A stretch of DNA of 64,000 nt from Marsupella aquatica. Lineage: Eukaryota; Plantae; Marchantiophyta. The position numbers and the translations under genes are program-made. Below, one piece after another: positions 61,827 to 64,000 of the stretch. The notes beneath the pieces were generated by a model. The model saw nothing but the letters and a program-made list of their open reading frames with translations. It was not told where the DNA came from and searched no databases. Numbering within the stretch: the stretch's first letter is position 1; each line of letters starts with the position of its first letter. The stretch spans positions 26,653,972-26,717,971 of the forward strand of contig OZ316891.1 of NCBI GenBank assembly GCA_973895155.1. The letters are read 5' to 3'.

Positions 61827-64000
61827 ATGTGTATAGTGATGGCTCCAAGGTTGCCTCTTCACAACCCATTTAGGATTAGGCATCATGATTCTAAATTGTG
61901 GATGCGTGAACAAGCCCGGGCCGCCCAAGGTAGGAGTAGGAGGATGAGATGCCCATGCACACAGTGCCAAGGATTCAAGTCGTTGAGTTTGAACACTGTG
62001 CACCTTCACCTGCTGCGGCATGAAAGGCACCCTCGGTGGAGGGTTTGGAATGTACCAGCAGAAGAAGACTCCTCTGATGAAGAGTGGAGAGCTGACTTTG
62101 TGGATTCTAATACAGCTAGGCGTAGAGACTACGTAGAGCAGGACATAGACTGTGCAGAGGATGGTCCTGGGGTACAACATGAGAACGTGGACACATTGAC
62201 CAAGATGGAGATGCAGAGGCAGTCACTGAGGACGGTGGGATGGATGTCCCAAGAATGGTTCAAGAGCTTTTTGAAGACCTTGATGCTTTTTACGACACAG
62301 TGGAATCAGAAGAGGACAATGAACCGCAGCCACACATTGGAGACGACCAAGCTGAACCTGACTTTGACATTGGGGAAGGTGCAGCAGAGAGGGAGTGGGT
62401 GTTTTGGGGGCCCAAAACACATCAAAGAAGCTTGCGTTCCTATCTACAAGGGGTCGAACTGCTCCAAGCTGGGTTTTGTCGTGTTGTTGTTGAACATCTG
62501 TGGCAATCACAATGTTCCCAATATATTTGTGACAGAGTTGTTGCCCTTCGTGCGCCGAAATGTGTTACCAGATGGTAATTCAATTCCAAAAAATATGTAC
62601 GAGGCTAGGAAATTGATGTCTAACCTTGGGCTGAACTATGTGTCTATTGACACATGCCCTGATGGGTGTGTTCTCTTTCGCAAAGAGCATGCAGATAAAT
62701 TGACATGCCCTCATTGTGGTAAGCACAGGTACAAGAATGTAGGGAAATGTACACACCCTGCCAAGGTTCTTCGTCATTTTCCTCTCATTCCTAGACTACA
62801 ACATCTGTTTAGATGCCCTGCCATTTCCAAGCTGATGACATGGACTCCTGATAACAAGAGCAGTGATGGCCTGCAGCGTCACATTGAAGATTCCAACCAT
62901 TGGAAATTTGTTGATGAGAGGTGGCCATAGTTTGCTGCAGAGAAGCGGAACTTTCGATTTGGTCTATCACTGGATGGAGTAAACCCATTTGGAGACAAAA
63001 ACAACCGTTATTCATGTTGGCCGGTTACGCTGCTAAATTACAACCTTCCCCCATGGATGACTACAAAGAGGTTTTTTGTCATGATGGTGCTGTTAATCCC
63101 TGGACCAGCTTCTGTGACCGAGCAATTCATAGATATCATGTTGGCTCCAGCAGTGGAAGAGTGGAAGACTTTGTGGATAGAAGGGGTGTTAACCCATAAT
63201 GTTCTGAAGGTGCTTCTTCAACCCAGCCCCTTTAGACTGCATGCAATTTGTTTGCTAGATATAGCAGATTACCCAGGCCATGGCATCATATTTGGACGAG
63301 TGACAAAGGGCTATGTGGGGTGCACACCATGTGGGAAAAATGTGACAAGTGAGTGGTCGCATGCCCTGCACAGTATGAAATTTCAGGGGCATAGAAGGTA
63401 TCTGTCTGCTGATCATCCTTACAGGCACACACGGTCTCAAATTGCACACTTCAACAACAAAACAGAGCTTCGTGGCCCACCACAAAGGGTCACCAGAGAG
63501 CAAGTCCTGAGGTGGGCAGCCAGGAAGGCTGATTGGGACAAGAGAAGTGCCACTGATCGAGAACCTGAGGATCCAGTGGTGAAACACGGTGTGAAAAGAC
63601 AGACCTTGATGGACTTGGAGTTGGAGTACTGGAGGGTAATGTACTTAGCCTCCAGCCCCTGTATGATTGCAATTTTAGATTGGAGCTATGGTGGATTGAT
63701 GTTGGTTACAATCCTCCTATTTGGTTAATTAGTGTTTCTGTTGTTGAATTCTTTGCTTTGTGGAGTGCAGGAATTCGAGCCCAGCAAACACAATGTGGAC
63801 GTCATGCACATCGAGAAAAATATTTGTGAGAGCTTGCTGAAGTTCTTGTCGGGTGAGAAAGATACAGGAGCAATTCGAGCTGATATGCAACAGAAGGGGA
63901 TTCGCCCTCACCTTTGGTTGAAGCCCCATGCAAGCAATCCCAATGTACTTCTCAAGTTCCAAGCTCCCTATGTGTGCACACAGGAAGAATGGAAGACATT
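61827..64000 (+). pseudogene. CACTA TnpD transposase (transposase-associated domain plus Transposase_21), disrupted and truncated by the window end
   Basis: RCPCTQC..VHLHLL; IDTCPDGCVLF..CPHCG..RY; LRHFPLIPRLQ; DGVNPF; YNLPPW; LLIPGP; DYPG; after an intron (about 63635-63770) HNVDVMHIEKN. Stop at 62928; frameshifts near 62200 and 62400. Confidence 0.93.

Larger units (their letters stand above)
48487..64000 (+). mobile_element. Large CACTA (En/Spm) DNA transposon, right end beyond the window
   Basis: TIR-like CACTAGTAGAAA at 48487; subterminal-type repeats at about 48740-49100; TnpD transposase at 61827-64000. Linkage of TIR and transposase is inferred. Confidence 0.6.

Overview
Eukaryotic nuclear DNA from a land plant, probably a non-seed lineage such as a bryophyte or lycophyte (inferred from the CRE-type retrotransposon, the D27-like clade and the short introns). 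It is not prokaryotic: no CRISPR, rRNA or tRNA genes were found. Four intact minus-strand genes were reconstructed by hand with GT-AG junctions where spliced: a D27-like beta-carotene isomerase (5 exons), a full-length but highly divergent histone H4 (21 of 102 residues changed), the ICE1/SCREAM bHLH factor (4 exons) and a DOXC 2-oxoglutarate dioxygenase (4 exons). Duplicated pseudogenic CCD1 and 2OGD fragments lie among them. The rest is nested mobile DNA: a Ty1/copia inserted in a CRE-like RLE non-LTR element, several non-autonomous Helitrons, a Gypsy integrase with its 3' LTR, and two ~3.7-kb TSD-flanked solo-LTR-like inserts that each carry a protein ORF. A CACTA element probably starts at 48487 and runs off the window end. 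Its transposase is preceded by EDM2-type PHD fingers, tandem BRCT and F-box remnants. Best leads are this chromatin-reader cargo, the H4 variant, the ORF-bearing giant LTRs and a possible relic D27-CCD-2OGD apocarotenoid cluster. All homology calls are from recognised motifs, not database searches.
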